From a virus (taxonomy: Duplodnaviria > Caudoviricetes), in the IMG/VR virus record IMGVR_UViG_3300030376_002859, positions 1-39,249 of that record: a stretch of DNA of 39,249 nt; one strand, given 5' to 3'. The notes under the pieces are model-generated. The model did no database searches. It saw nothing but the letters and a program-made list of their open reading frames with translations, and was not told the origin of the DNA. Shown piece by piece: positions 1 through 8,544 of the stretch. Positions within the stretch are counted from its first letter, which is position 1. Each line of letters starts with the position of its first letter. Position numbers and translations under genes: made by a program.

Positions 1-5
1 AAACT

Positions 6-2030
6 ATGCTCAGATTAATATTTATCTTATTGTTTAGCACTTCAGTGCAAGCAACAGATCCTACGTTTACTGTAGGTACTGAATCTCTTATTAATATACA
101 AAACAACGGCACTGCTCTAAACCTCGGTGACGATCAAATGTCTGGAATGAAACCTCTTGGCTTTGACTTTGAGTTTTATGGTTCTACGTTTGATAATGTA
201 AACATATCTATGAACGGTTTCTTTACCTTTCAAAACAATTTCTCTGTGCCCAGGAACAGAAACTACTTATCAGAAGTTATACCTGCTACCTCTTTTAATT
301 ACACAGTATATCCTCTTTGGACAGATTTAATTAATAATGGCACACAAAATCCCTACATCAAAACCTTTGGTAATACAGCAGATACAGATCAATACTTTGT
401 AATTGGATGGTACAATGCAAGAGAGTATAACAATTCTAATAAAAATTCTTTTGAGGCTATCTTATACGAAACGACAAATGTTATAGAGTTTAGATATGAT
501 AAAATAAATATATCAAACCATGATATAACTATAGGATTACAAGGTAATAATGAAGCTGTAACTTACTTAAGATATGAAGACACCAACAGCACGACCTATA
601 GTGAGACTGATGATTTTAGTTTAACTACAGCAGAAGTTGTAGATGAATCATTTAGTAACTTATCTTCTGAGTGTTTAGTTGATTCTGATTACTCAGAACT
701 TTGTGATGTATATGATTTAACATTTGATACAGAAGAAGATGACGATTTTTATTTACAAGGCTCAGGAGTTTCTGATGCCATGTTGTTAGGCTATGATGAT
801 GAGGAGGATTTTTATGGGTTCAACACTGAAGAAGTTTATACAGGAACATCTGTTTTTTCTGCGGTTACTGATAGCAGGGATGGTGGCGGTACTTACTATG
901 ATGACATTGGTAGCATTAGCTATTTTGACTATGATACAGGGGATGTAATAGAAAATGAAGACACTTTTGATAATTTTGATATACTTGATTTTGGGGATTA
1001 TACTTTGGATAATAGTGAAGAAGGAACACTAGCTTTTATAGAAATAGATTTAGATGTGTTACCACTACCAGATACACTACCTGACATAAGACTAACTGAA
1101 GACGAGTTTGTAGAGTTTGCTCAACATATGGATGAACATTTTGATTTTGAAGATGAAATGGATAGAGAAACATGGGATGAGCAGTTTGAAGACTTTGAAG
1201 AACCTATCGAAGAAGAAATAGAACAAAGAGAAGAACTAGAGGAGCAGTATGAAGAAGAAATATTAGAAGAAGAGGAAGAAGCATTAGATGAATCTATTGA
1301 TGAGATAAGCCCAGAAGAAGTGGAAGAAGGTAATCCGGAAAGGTCTGAAAGAAGAAGACAACTAGTAAGAAACAACATTAATGCTACAAATAGAACAACT
1401 TCAAATATAGTGAACTCTAGTATATCTGCAGGACAATCTTCACAAAATGTGAACTCAGGTGGTAGCTCTTCTAGTGCTGTTGTATCATCAAGTGGTGGAG
1501 GTGTTTCTACATCTAACTCCCCTAGTATATCTGCTCAAATATCTGCAGCACAAGTACAAACTAATACAGTACTACAATCTATAGAAGTTATACCTATGCC
1601 TTCAATGGACAATACACCTTCTGTTGCTATGGCAGAGGTCCAGGTAACCACTATGGAAAATCAAATACAAAATGTTACATCATCTGTAATGACATCGTCA
1701 GAAGCAGATCAAATAGCAGAAGAAGTAGTTGCTAGTAACATAAGACAACAACAAGAAAATTCCCAGGCTCAACAAGAAGAGTCTGGTGAATATGATTCTC
1801 AAGGCCAAACTAATTTAATTGCCTTTATGAATTATGTACCAAACTTTAATAGTTATTCGGCTGTTACTATACCAGATCAAACAAACTGGTATCAGCCTAC
1901 TCAGATATATGCAGACGCTGTGTTGAGGGACAATGGTAATGCATATGGAGAACTAGTTAATACTAGTATGAGTACTTTGTACAATGTGATGCAATCACAA
2001 CCTGTACAATTATTTATAGATAGGAGATAA
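6..2030 (+). CDS. Large exported acidic protein (N-terminal NIDO-like beta domain, Asp/Glu-rich linker, Ser/Gln-rich C-terminus)
   Basis: Signal-peptide-like N-terminus MLRLIFILLFSTSVQA; NIDO-like segments (LGFDFEFYGSTF..ISMNGFFTF, VYPLWTDL, FEAILYE..IEFRY); long D/E tract; 674-aa ORF. Function unknown. Confidence 0.7.
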   Translation: MLRLIFILLFSTSVQATDPTFTVGTESLINIQNNGTALNLGDDQMSGMKPLGFDFEFYGSTFDNVNISMNGFFTFQNNFSVPRNRNYLSEVIPATSFNYTVYPLWTDLINNGTQNPYIKTFGNTADTDQYFVIGWYNAREYNNSNKNSFEAILYETTNVIEFRYDKINISNHDITIGLQGNNEAVTYLRYEDTNSTTYSETDDFSLTTAEVVDESFSNLSSECLVDSDYSELCDVYDLTFDTEEDDDFYLQGSGVSDAMLLGYDDEEDFYGFNTEEVYTGTSVFSAVTDSRDGGGTYYDDIGSISYFDYDTGDVIENEDTFDNFDILDFGDYTLDNSEEGTLAFIEIDLDVLPLPDTLPDIRLTEDEFVEFAQHMDEHFDFEDEMDRETWDEQFEDFEEPIEEEIEQREELEEQYEEEILEEEEEALDESIDEISPEEVEEGNPERSERRRQLVRNNINATNRTTSNIVNSSISAGQSSQNVNSGGSSSSAVVSSSGGGVSTSNSPSISAQISAAQVQTNTVLQSIEVIPMPSMDNTPSVAMAEVQVTTMENQIQNVTSSVMTSSEADQIAEEVVASNIRQQQENSQAQQEESGEYDSQGQTNLIAFMNYVPNFNSYSAVTIPDQTNWYQPTQIYADAVLRDNGNAYGELVNTSMSTLYNVMQSQPVQLFIDRR

Positions 2031-2032
2031 GT

Positions 2033-2278
2033 ATGAAAAACATATTACCAAAGCTACAGCAGTACATCACCATCGTGGGGGTTATCACTGCAATCGGAGG
2101 TGGCTTCTACACCTGGGGACAATTTAACTTACGTCTTGATAATATAGAAAAAAGAAAATTTAAGACTGTTAATATTGCACCTTTAGAAACTAAAGTAGAT
2201 AGCCTTGAAAAAAGATTAGATAGAGTTGAAGGTAGAGTTGACAATATTGGTAACAACGACAATCCTTTAGCTAATTAA
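2033..2278 (+). CDS. Small membrane-anchored coiled-coil protein
   Basis: SD AGGAG upstream; one hydrophobic helix (YITIVGVITAIGGGFYTW) then heptad-like LETKVDSLEKRLDRVE; 2 nt after the previous stop. Confidence 0.7.
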   Translation: MKNILPKLQQYITIVGVITAIGGGFYTWGQFNLRLDNIEKRKFKTVNIAPLETKVDSLEKRLDRVEGRVDNIGNNDNPLAN

Positions 2279-2368
2279 TTTATATTGTAAATAGTATCTA
2301 TGGATACAATTAATTTGATTAATAGTATAAAATAAGTATAACTGTCCTCAACACATAAGGAGGCAGTC

Positions 2369-2434
2369 GTGCAGTATTTTATAGGGTTAAGTTCAATATT
2401 TACTCTTATAACATGCATATTAAGGGTAATATAA
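2369..2434 (+). CDS. 21-aa hydrophobic peptide MQYFIGLSSIFTLITCILRVI (type I toxin-like), not in the ORF track
   Basis: Strong SD TAAGGAGG at 2356-2363, GTG at 2369, TAA at 2432-2434; almost wholly hydrophobic; SD can pair with upstream ACTG-T-CCTC (2341-2349). Confidence 0.5.
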   Translation: MQYFIGLSSIFTLITCILRVI

Positions 2435-2583
2435 AAATTTTAGCATGTTTTTGAAAAAAAAGATCTCATAAATGAGTTCTAAGAGGGTTTTGATACCTTC
2501 CTAATAGTAAAGCTCCCAAAAGAACTAATTTGTCTCAGGGAGCTTCTATGAGGCTTACAGAGGATTTAGGGGTTTTTTAAGGT

Positions 2584-2826
2584 TTATTTCTTGTTTCCAA
2601 CGTATAAACCGAACCAAGCAGCTCCTGCACCCACAATTACTGATACAAAAGCTGATTGAGCATTAGTTGGATCAGGTAAAGTCATAAACCACATACTAGT
2701 TTTATAAAACATTACTCCATACAAACTAATTAATAGACGAGGGAACACTCTCCACTTGTCAAATCCTTCGGCATTATTATACCAGGACTTTTTTTCTACT
2801 TGTACTACTTTAATTTCTTCCGCCAT
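2584..2826 (-). CDS. Two-TM membrane protein, holin-like
   Basis: SD AAGGAG; two hydrophobic segments (VFPRLLISLYGVMFY, AFVSVIVGAGAAWFGLYV), basic C-terminus. Confidence 0.6.
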   Translation of the reverse strand: MAEEIKVVQVEKKSWYNNAEGFDKWRVFPRLLISLYGVMFYKTSMWFMTLPDPTNAQSAFVSVIVGAGAAWFGLYVGNKK

Positions 2827-2836
2827 TTATTTCTCC

Positions 2837-3052
2837 TTATGCAAATCCTGCCATATCACGAATCTTTTGTTTAACTTTTTCTTCTCTAGCTATCTCTAGC
2901 TTGGCACGATCATCTCTTTCTTTTTTAGTACTATGTGCATACACTTGTTCAAAGAATGAAGTGTCATGACTATTAAAAGAATCATAAAATTCATCTACAC
3001 TAAGCTCATATGATGTTAAAGTTTTTAAATTAAATAAATATACTATAGACAT
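2837..3052 (-). CDS. Hypothetical protein
   Basis: 71-aa ORF coupled to the upstream gene by a TAATG overlap. Confidence 0.6.
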   Translation of the reverse strand: MSIVYLFNLKTLTSYELSVDEFYDSFNSHDTSFFEQVYAHSTKKERDDRAKLEIAREEKVKQKIRDMAGFA

Positions 3053-3513
3053 TATTTACTCCTTGCTTTGAATAAACGATTCCCAAACCAGAAACTAATA
3101 ATGGCAGCAAAGATGGTTTTTGATTCCTCATCCCAGGCAGCTAGTATAGCAGGTAGTAATTCTTCTCCACCTTGCATAGCTAACATTACATAAGTAATTT
3201 TAACAAATGCAAATATACTAAAGAAAGCATATGTTATAACTGGTCTTACCGATGCCTGTAAAGCAGATACAAATGTAGATTTGTTTGCTTGTGCTAATGA
3301 CTCAGCGTGTTTGTACAAACCTTTTACTTCTTCTATGTCTGCTTCTGCATCTAGTTCTTTTAATTTTAGTTTACTTAGTTCTGAAGCGTATTTAGCTTTA
3401 GCTTCAAGCATAAGTAGTTCTTGTTTATTGGCTTGTTTCTTTTCAAAGAATCCTAATACAGAGGGAAGAAAAGAAGTTCCAAAGCCAAGAACTGATCCAA
3501 GTAACGACAGCAT
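3052..3513 (-). CDS. Holin, 3-TM GTA-holin-like family
   Basis: N-terminal amphipathic helix, charged linker, SVRPVITY motif, TM segments and C-terminal IISFWFGNR typical of the family. Confidence 0.7.
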   Translation of the reverse strand: MLSLLGSVLGFGTSFLPSVLGFFEKKQANKQELLMLEAKAKYASELSKLKLKELDAEADIEEVKGLYKHAESLAQANKSTFVSALQASVRPVITYAFFSIFAFVKITYVMLAMQGGEELLPAILAAWDEESKTIFAAIISFWFGNRLFKARSK

Positions 3514-3758
3514 TACTCAACCTTTTCGTTAATTTTAACAGCTTGTAAACCTCTAAGTTCTTCCATTAGTTGAAAGACACTTTTATAATCTAGCTGTCCT
3601 AAAACATTAACAACTTTATTTAAAGTTTCTAAAGTTATTACATATGTTTGAGGCACTTCAGGTTTTTCTTCCTGCTCAAATGCTTCATTTACATCTGGGG
3701 TATTTGGATCATCTGCAATAAATTTTCCATCTTCTGTACGTGCACGTTTTTTTGTCAT
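3513..3758 (-). CDS. Hypothetical protein (start reassigned to MTKKRART)
   Basis: GGAG SD upstream of ATG 3758; KRARTEDGKFIADDPNTPDVNEA N-terminus; coupled to the holin gene. Confidence 0.65.
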   Translation of the reverse strand: MTKKRARTEDGKFIADDPNTPDVNEAFEQEEKPEVPQTYVITLETLNKVVNVLGQLDYKSVFQLMEELRGLQAVKINEKVE

Positions 3759-3759
3759 A

Positions 3760-3987
3760 TTATTCTCCATCAAATTGAACATCAAAATCAAGGTGAGGTA
3801 AATCCTCCTCCTCATGAATACTTTTCTTTTTTATATCTATACTGTCAAAAACAAATCCTGCAGTTCTTAGTATAGCATCTAGATGAAAAACTACATCCTC
3901 TAGATTAGAGCACGCAAAAGTGTAACGTGCATTAAAGTCATAAGATGTACCTGTGTCATCTTTTATTTTTATTTCAAAGTGTGTCAT
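3760..3987 (-). CDS. Hypothetical protein
   Basis: 75-aa ORF whose start overlaps the nrdJ stop (TAATG). Confidence 0.6.
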   Translation of the reverse strand: MTHFEIKIKDDTGTSYDFNARYTFACSNLEDVVFHLDAILRTAGFVFDSIDIKKKSIHEEEDLPHLDFDVQFDGE

Positions 3988-5939
3988 TATGTTATATCCA
4001 CTATTTCACAAGAATCAGCAGTACAAGCCAACTCTTGGCCTCCTCGTGTGCTATCTTCTTTTTCTAACTCAGAAAGATCTTGCCAATTAATATTCTTAGG
4101 CATTCTCTTTTTAAGATCTAGGTATTCTTCTTTAGTACATTCCTGGTAAGGAGCTTGTTTGTAAGTATGATCTGAGTGAGGCAAGAAAGATATTCCTGCA
4201 ACATCATTAAAGTTTTCATAAACCCATGCACCCACATCAAGCCATTCATCTTCTTTTACAGTTATTGTAACAGAAGGTTTATGCTCACACCAATTCTTTT
4301 GGTATTTAAGCCACAAGTTTAATTGTTCTAAAGCACCAGTATCATTACGTGTAACTGCTTTTTTAGGAGATTTTACAGGAAAACTAAAAACTACAGTGCT
4401 ATCTGGTTGCATAATGTCATCTTCTACAGGTACACCTGCTGATTGCATAAACTGTGTTAAAGGATCTTTTTTGTCTCCTCTAACAGTTCTAATGTAGTAT
4501 TCAGAATGCCTAGCATGAATACCAGAAGCAGAGTCTACTAATTGAGATACAGTTCCAGAAGGCTTTACACAAGTTATAGCAGTCGATTGAGGTATACCTA
4601 ATTGTTCTGATAATCCTAAATTTGTATCAACAGCTACCTGTTTTAGTTGTGAAAGTAGATCAGATAAGTATCCTGCAGATGCAGTATTTAATAATTCATT
4701 ATCCATGATACCTGTAAGAGAAACACCAAGAAGTCTTTCTTCTTCTGTATTATCTTTCCATATCTTTCTAAGGTATTTTAAATCGGTTAAAGTAGATTGT
4801 ATTGTACCGAGGATTGTAGCTAACTCAATCTTTCTTTCTAAATCCACTATTTTATCATCTGCTCTAACAACTACTTCTGTTAAATTACAAAACTGATATG
4901 GCCTTAATATAATCTCAGAGCATGGATTAGTACCAAAATCATAATCTGCATTTCTTCTACCATTCTCTAATGACTTTTCTACTGCAGATTGTCTATTGTA
5001 TATGCCACGTTCACCTGATTTAGAATTATATAATGTAAGCCATTCTTTCATAAAGATACCTATAGGTGGTTTTTCTTTATAACACACAGAGTTATTAGCC
5101 AATGCTCTTTGACCTTCATTATTCCACCACTCACCAGATTTAGCTAGAGCCATTTCCTGGTCTTGTAAATCAGATAGACTAATAAGTGCAGAACGTCTTA
5201 CTCCACCTACTACTACAACAGAACCTATCTTACACATGATGTCGTGGCATTCTATAGATTTTAATTTTCTTCCTGCTGCACCTTTAAATATATTTACAGT
5301 AAATCTAAACAGATCATCTAAAGGATCAGGACCACTTGATCTACCACCAAATGTTTTAAGCCTTGCACCTGCAGGTCTTAGTTTAGATAAATCCCAACTA
5401 GGTATCTGACCAGAATATAATAAATGAATTAATTCTTTATAACCTTTAGCCCATCCTGTTTTGCTGTCACCGACTACAATAGTTGTTTCACTATCTTCAA
5501 AAGATTCGTTAACTGTTGGTAATTGTTTAGTATACTTTCTTTCTACAGAAAAACCTACACCTGTACCACACATAAGTATGTATAAGCATTCATCAAAAGA
5601 TCTAACGCTGTCTACAGGTAGGTAAGAACAATTATATGCAGCTACATGACATCTTTCTAAAGCAACACCTGCTGTCATTAATGCTCTCATAGAAGGCATA
5701 ATCTCTAGGTTAAGAACAGCATCCTGTAGTTCTTTTCTTTTTTCTACAGACAAACTAAAGTTATTATTTTCTTTAGTATGTTTTTCTAAATAATTAAAAT
5801 ACCTATTGACTGTTTCTTCCCAGGTTTCTCTTCTGTTTTCTTCTTCAATCCATCTAGCATATCTAGAAACGTGAATAAAGCTTTGATAATCTGTGGGTAA
5901 ACTTATACTATTGCTTTTTGTTAAATCATATACTCCCAT
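3987..5939 (-). CDS. nrdJ: Class II (adenosylcobalamin-dependent) ribonucleotide reductase
   Basis: YNCSY, GTGVGFS, VGGVRRSALISL, active-site GTNPCSEI, TCVKPSGTVSQL, C-terminal CTADSC redox pair; no nrdB partner in the window. Confidence 0.92.
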   Translation of the reverse strand: MGVYDLTKSNSISLPTDYQSFIHVSRYARWIEEENRRETWEETVNRYFNYLEKHTKENNNFSLSVEKRKELQDAVLNLEIMPSMRALMTAGVALERCHVAAYNCSYLPVDSVRSFDECLYILMCGTGVGFSVERKYTKQLPTVNESFEDSETTIVVGDSKTGWAKGYKELIHLLYSGQIPSWDLSKLRPAGARLKTFGGRSSGPDPLDDLFRFTVNIFKGAAGRKLKSIECHDIMCKIGSVVVVGGVRRSALISLSDLQDQEMALAKSGEWWNNEGQRALANNSVCYKEKPPIGIFMKEWLTLYNSKSGERGIYNRQSAVEKSLENGRRNADYDFGTNPCSEIILRPYQFCNLTEVVVRADDKIVDLERKIELATILGTIQSTLTDLKYLRKIWKDNTEEERLLGVSLTGIMDNELLNTASAGYLSDLLSQLKQVAVDTNLGLSEQLGIPQSTAITCVKPSGTVSQLVDSASGIHARHSEYYIRTVRGDKKDPLTQFMQSAGVPVEDDIMQPDSTVVFSFPVKSPKKAVTRNDTGALEQLNLWLKYQKNWCEHKPSVTITVKEDEWLDVGAWVYENFNDVAGISFLPHSDHTYKQAPYQECTKEEYLDLKKRMPKNINWQDLSELEKEDSTRGGQELACTADSCEIVDIT

Positions 5940-6150
5940 TCTTCTTTCCTTTTAATTTATTTTTGTTATCAAAATAGGCTGTGTTCCAACCTCGTAGCCA
6001 TTCCTTATGGCGTACATTATTTTCTCCATAAGGATTTTTTAATATTCCTCGTGAAAAAGCTCTAAAGCCCTCATCGAACTGAATACGAAGGGGAGGCCAT
6101 TGTCCTTTTCGAGGTCTTGATCTTCTCGACTTCGATCCCTTCGATGTCAT
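5926..6150 (-). CDS. Ribosome modulation factor (Rmf)-like small basic protein (start could be 6183)
   Basis: FDEGFRAFSRG..NPY..EWLRGWNTA matches the Rmf pattern G[YF]xAxxxG..PY..WLxGW. Confidence 0.55.
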   Translation of the reverse strand: MTSKGSKSRRSRPRKGQWPPLRIQFDEGFRAFSRGILKNPYGENNVRHKEWLRGWNTAYFDNKNKLKGKKNGSI

Positions 6151-6259
6151 AGAACGAGTCTCGTATGATCTGTTCGATCTCATCTCTTACATCTCCATCT
6201 ATAGGTAGTGGGTATTCTTCTGGGTTAATCTCTAAACTAATCGTTAAATTTAATCTCAT
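6071..6259 (-). CDS. Acidic hypothetical protein overlapping the Rmf-like gene
   Basis: 62-aa ORF with a natural-looking beta-alpha-beta pattern (LNLTISLEIN..DEIEQIIRDSFYDIEGIEVEKI). Confidence 0.55.
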   Translation of the reverse strand: MRLNLTISLEINPEEYPLPIDGDVRDEIEQIIRDSFYDIEGIEVEKIKTSKRTMASPSYSVR

Positions 6260-6503
6260 CTTTTAAGTCTGCATCCAAACGGACAATGCCTATTAGCTTG
6301 TCCAAATACCAACGTGCTTTTTGTAAATCTTCTAAAGCACGATCCTTATAGGTATATCTCCAAATGTATTTTAAGATTGCTCCCTTTAAATACCCTCGAA
6401 ATTCTTTTTCTCCCATAGATGCTTCGATAGCTTCTATAGCTTCTACTTTACCATTGTTATAATGAGATGGGTAGTTTACTGGATCATCTTTTTTAGTCAT
6501 CAT
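6237..6503 (-). CDS. DUF3310 / T7 gp1.7-like putative nucleotide kinase
   Basis: DPVNYPSHY..EAIEAIE..GYLKGAILKYIWRY..K..EDLQKARWYLDKL signature. Confidence 0.85.
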   Translation of the reverse strand: MMTKKDDPVNYPSHYNNGKVEAIEAIEASMGEKEFRGYLKGAILKYIWRYTYKDRALEDLQKARWYLDKLIGIVRLDADLKDEIKFND

Positions 6504-6807
6504 TACCCCATTGATTAAAATAAATTACGTTATCTTTTTTTACTGCTTTTTTTTCTTTTTCTGCAGGTGCTTTAGTAATATTATAAAAGTGTGTGGCATA
6601 CTCAACAATTTCTTCATTATCTCCACAATAACTAAAGCCAACCATAGCACGAGCAAGGTCACTAATTGCGTCAACCATGCCATAAGAGTCATCATGTTTT
6701 TTAGGAAAATGTATATTAGTTGAGTGATTCCAGTCTCCTTCTTCATTCTTACCAGGCTTTAATAATATTACTACTTCTTCGTCATCTACTTCAAGTATTC
6801 TTTTCAT
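6493..6807 (-). CDS. Hypothetical protein
   Basis: 104-aa ORF with GAGG SD, overlapping both neighbours in the operon. Confidence 0.65.
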   Translation of the reverse strand: MKRILEVDDEEVVILLKPGKNEEGDWNHSTNIHFPKKHDDSYGMVDAISDLARAMVGFSYCGDNEEIVEYATHFYNITKAPAEKEKKAVKKDNVIYFNQWGNDD

Positions 6808-7648
6808 CTACAACCTCATCTTCATTTGTATAGTAAAACCACCTTGGCTCTCTAGCTGAGGATGCTTCTTGAGGTTTGTATTCTAAATTAGGCCAACAGC
6901 TAAATTTATAATCACACCAATAGCATTCTTCACCTAAAACTCTTTTACCTGTAGGTACTTTACGAAACTTTTCTTCTATAGAATCAAAGCATCTTTTAAA
7001 AGGTACATCAGATTCTAGTTTTTTCATTTTATCTAATGCTTGATCTACAGTTTCTTGTACTTCTTCTTCGGTAGACTCATCATCTAAATAAGATATTTCT
7101 CCACTAGACTTATTAACTGCCCACCAACCACCAACTTTTTTCTTAGCTCCTTTAGAATAGAGATGTAGTTGCGTAAGATAACCAAAACTGTCGTGAGACT
7201 TTAAACCTTCAAAACTTAAAAACTTATTTCTAAAAGCCCAGGGACTACAAGATTTAATATCATCTACTTTATTATCTACATATAAGTCAGTTTCACCTGT
7301 TAATTTTTCAGTAATCTCTATATTGTCACCTTCTTTATAGTCAACACCAGACGATTTTAATATAGCTTTTAATATAGCTTCTATAGCATCACCAAAGGTA
7401 ACAATCATTTTAAAGGTATAAGGTTTGTCTTCTGCTCTTGCTCCTGCTTTAGCTAATTGCAGTTGACATAAAGGTTTTCCTAAATTAGAGGGTCTTGGTT
7501 TAAAAGAAAAATCTTGAGGAGTAAATTGTTTTTTTAGAGCCTGTTTAAAATCTTCGGCAGCTTGGTCAATTATCTCCTCAGACATTGATACCTCTCCTCT
7601 GTTAGCAGACTCAAGGTAAGCTATTACTCTAGCTAAATTATCATTCAT
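6791..7648 (-). CDS. PD-(D/E)xK exonuclease, Cas4-like
   Basis: RPSNLGKPLCQL, GETD..DDIKS, QLHLY and C-terminal CYWCDYKFSCW; four Cys consistent with a Cas4/AddB-type Fe-S site. Confidence 0.8.
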   Translation of the reverse strand: MNDNLARVIAYLESANRGEVSMSEEIIDQAAEDFKQALKKQFTPQDFSFKPRPSNLGKPLCQLQLAKAGARAEDKPYTFKMIVTFGDAIEAILKAILKSSGVDYKEGDNIEITEKLTGETDLYVDNKVDDIKSCSPWAFRNKFLSFEGLKSHDSFGYLTQLHLYSKGAKKKVGGWWAVNKSSGEISYLDDESTEEEVQETVDQALDKMKKLESDVPFKRCFDSIEEKFRKVPTGKRVLGEECYWCDYKFSCWPNLEYKPQEASSAREPRWFYYTNEDEVVDEKNT

Positions 7649-8544
7649 TATTCAGGTAACGTATCAGTAACTTCAATAAAATCGTTATCAATAACTGTAG
7701 CGTCTACATCACTTGTGTAACGCTTTGCTTCATATGACCTGGCACGAATGTTATCATTATGTCCTGTAACATATGTTAAGAAAGCTCTATTAACTTCCAT
7801 ATCAGCTTCTGTAAAAGGTACAGCTTCAGATGTAATAGTAGGTGTTACTACATACCAAGATATAGCACCAGATTGTTCTAGTTTAAAATTAAGTTTTACT
7901 TCGTGTTTAAATGGCATCTTCTTAGTTTTATAAAATTGAGACATAACATCTCCAAAGTTTTTATATGTTCCTCTATTAGATATTTGAAACATAATAGGAA
8001 GGTTATCAAAACTTACAGGATCTTTACCTTCGCCTACAAAACCTTTTTCTACTCGGAGTAAACCAAATACTACACGATATCTTTTAGCACCTCTCCACCA
8101 ATTCTTACGGTCTTCTGAAAGGTTATCCCAATCATCTACCTTAAACTTACCACAATTTACACCACCCTCTTCATCAAGAGCTTCTTCACTAGGATGTTTA
8201 ACAAATACAGATTTATTAACATAACGGCCTTTTAAATCATTACCATCTTTGTCTTGCCAAGTAGCATTCTCATCGTACCTTTGATAAAAAAATCTTTGTT
8301 GAAATATTCTTATATATGCGTCTTCAGCATATACAACACCATGCTCTGGATGATATACTTTTATAGTACCATCAGGTATCTTATTGCCTTCTGCATCTCT
8401 TGCCTTATTATTTACAGTTACACGAGGAAATCCTGGTGCATTTGCAGCAGACTGTTCTGTTTCGTTTACAAAACCAAACTCTCCTGCTATTTGATCGTAA
8501 GGTAAATTATCTATATCTTTTATCGTTAGTGCATTCTCTGTCAT
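7648..8544 (-). CDS. Putative ssDNA-binding/annealing protein
   Basis: Lies between polA and the exonuclease; beta-rich core, acidic C-terminal tail; own promoter and AGGAG SD. Function inferred from synteny. Confidence 0.55.
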   Translation of the reverse strand: MTENALTIKDIDNLPYDQIAGEFGFVNETEQSAANAPGFPRVTVNNKARDAEGNKIPDGTIKVYHPEHGVVYAEDAYIRIFQQRFFYQRYDENATWQDKDGNDLKGRYVNKSVFVKHPSEEALDEEGGVNCGKFKVDDWDNLSEDRKNWWRGAKRYRVVFGLLRVEKGFVGEGKDPVSFDNLPIMFQISNRGTYKNFGDVMSQFYKTKKMPFKHEVKLNFKLEQSGAISWYVVTPTITSEAVPFTEADMEVNRAFLTYVTGHNDNIRARSYEAKRYTSDVDATVIDNDFIEVTDTLPE

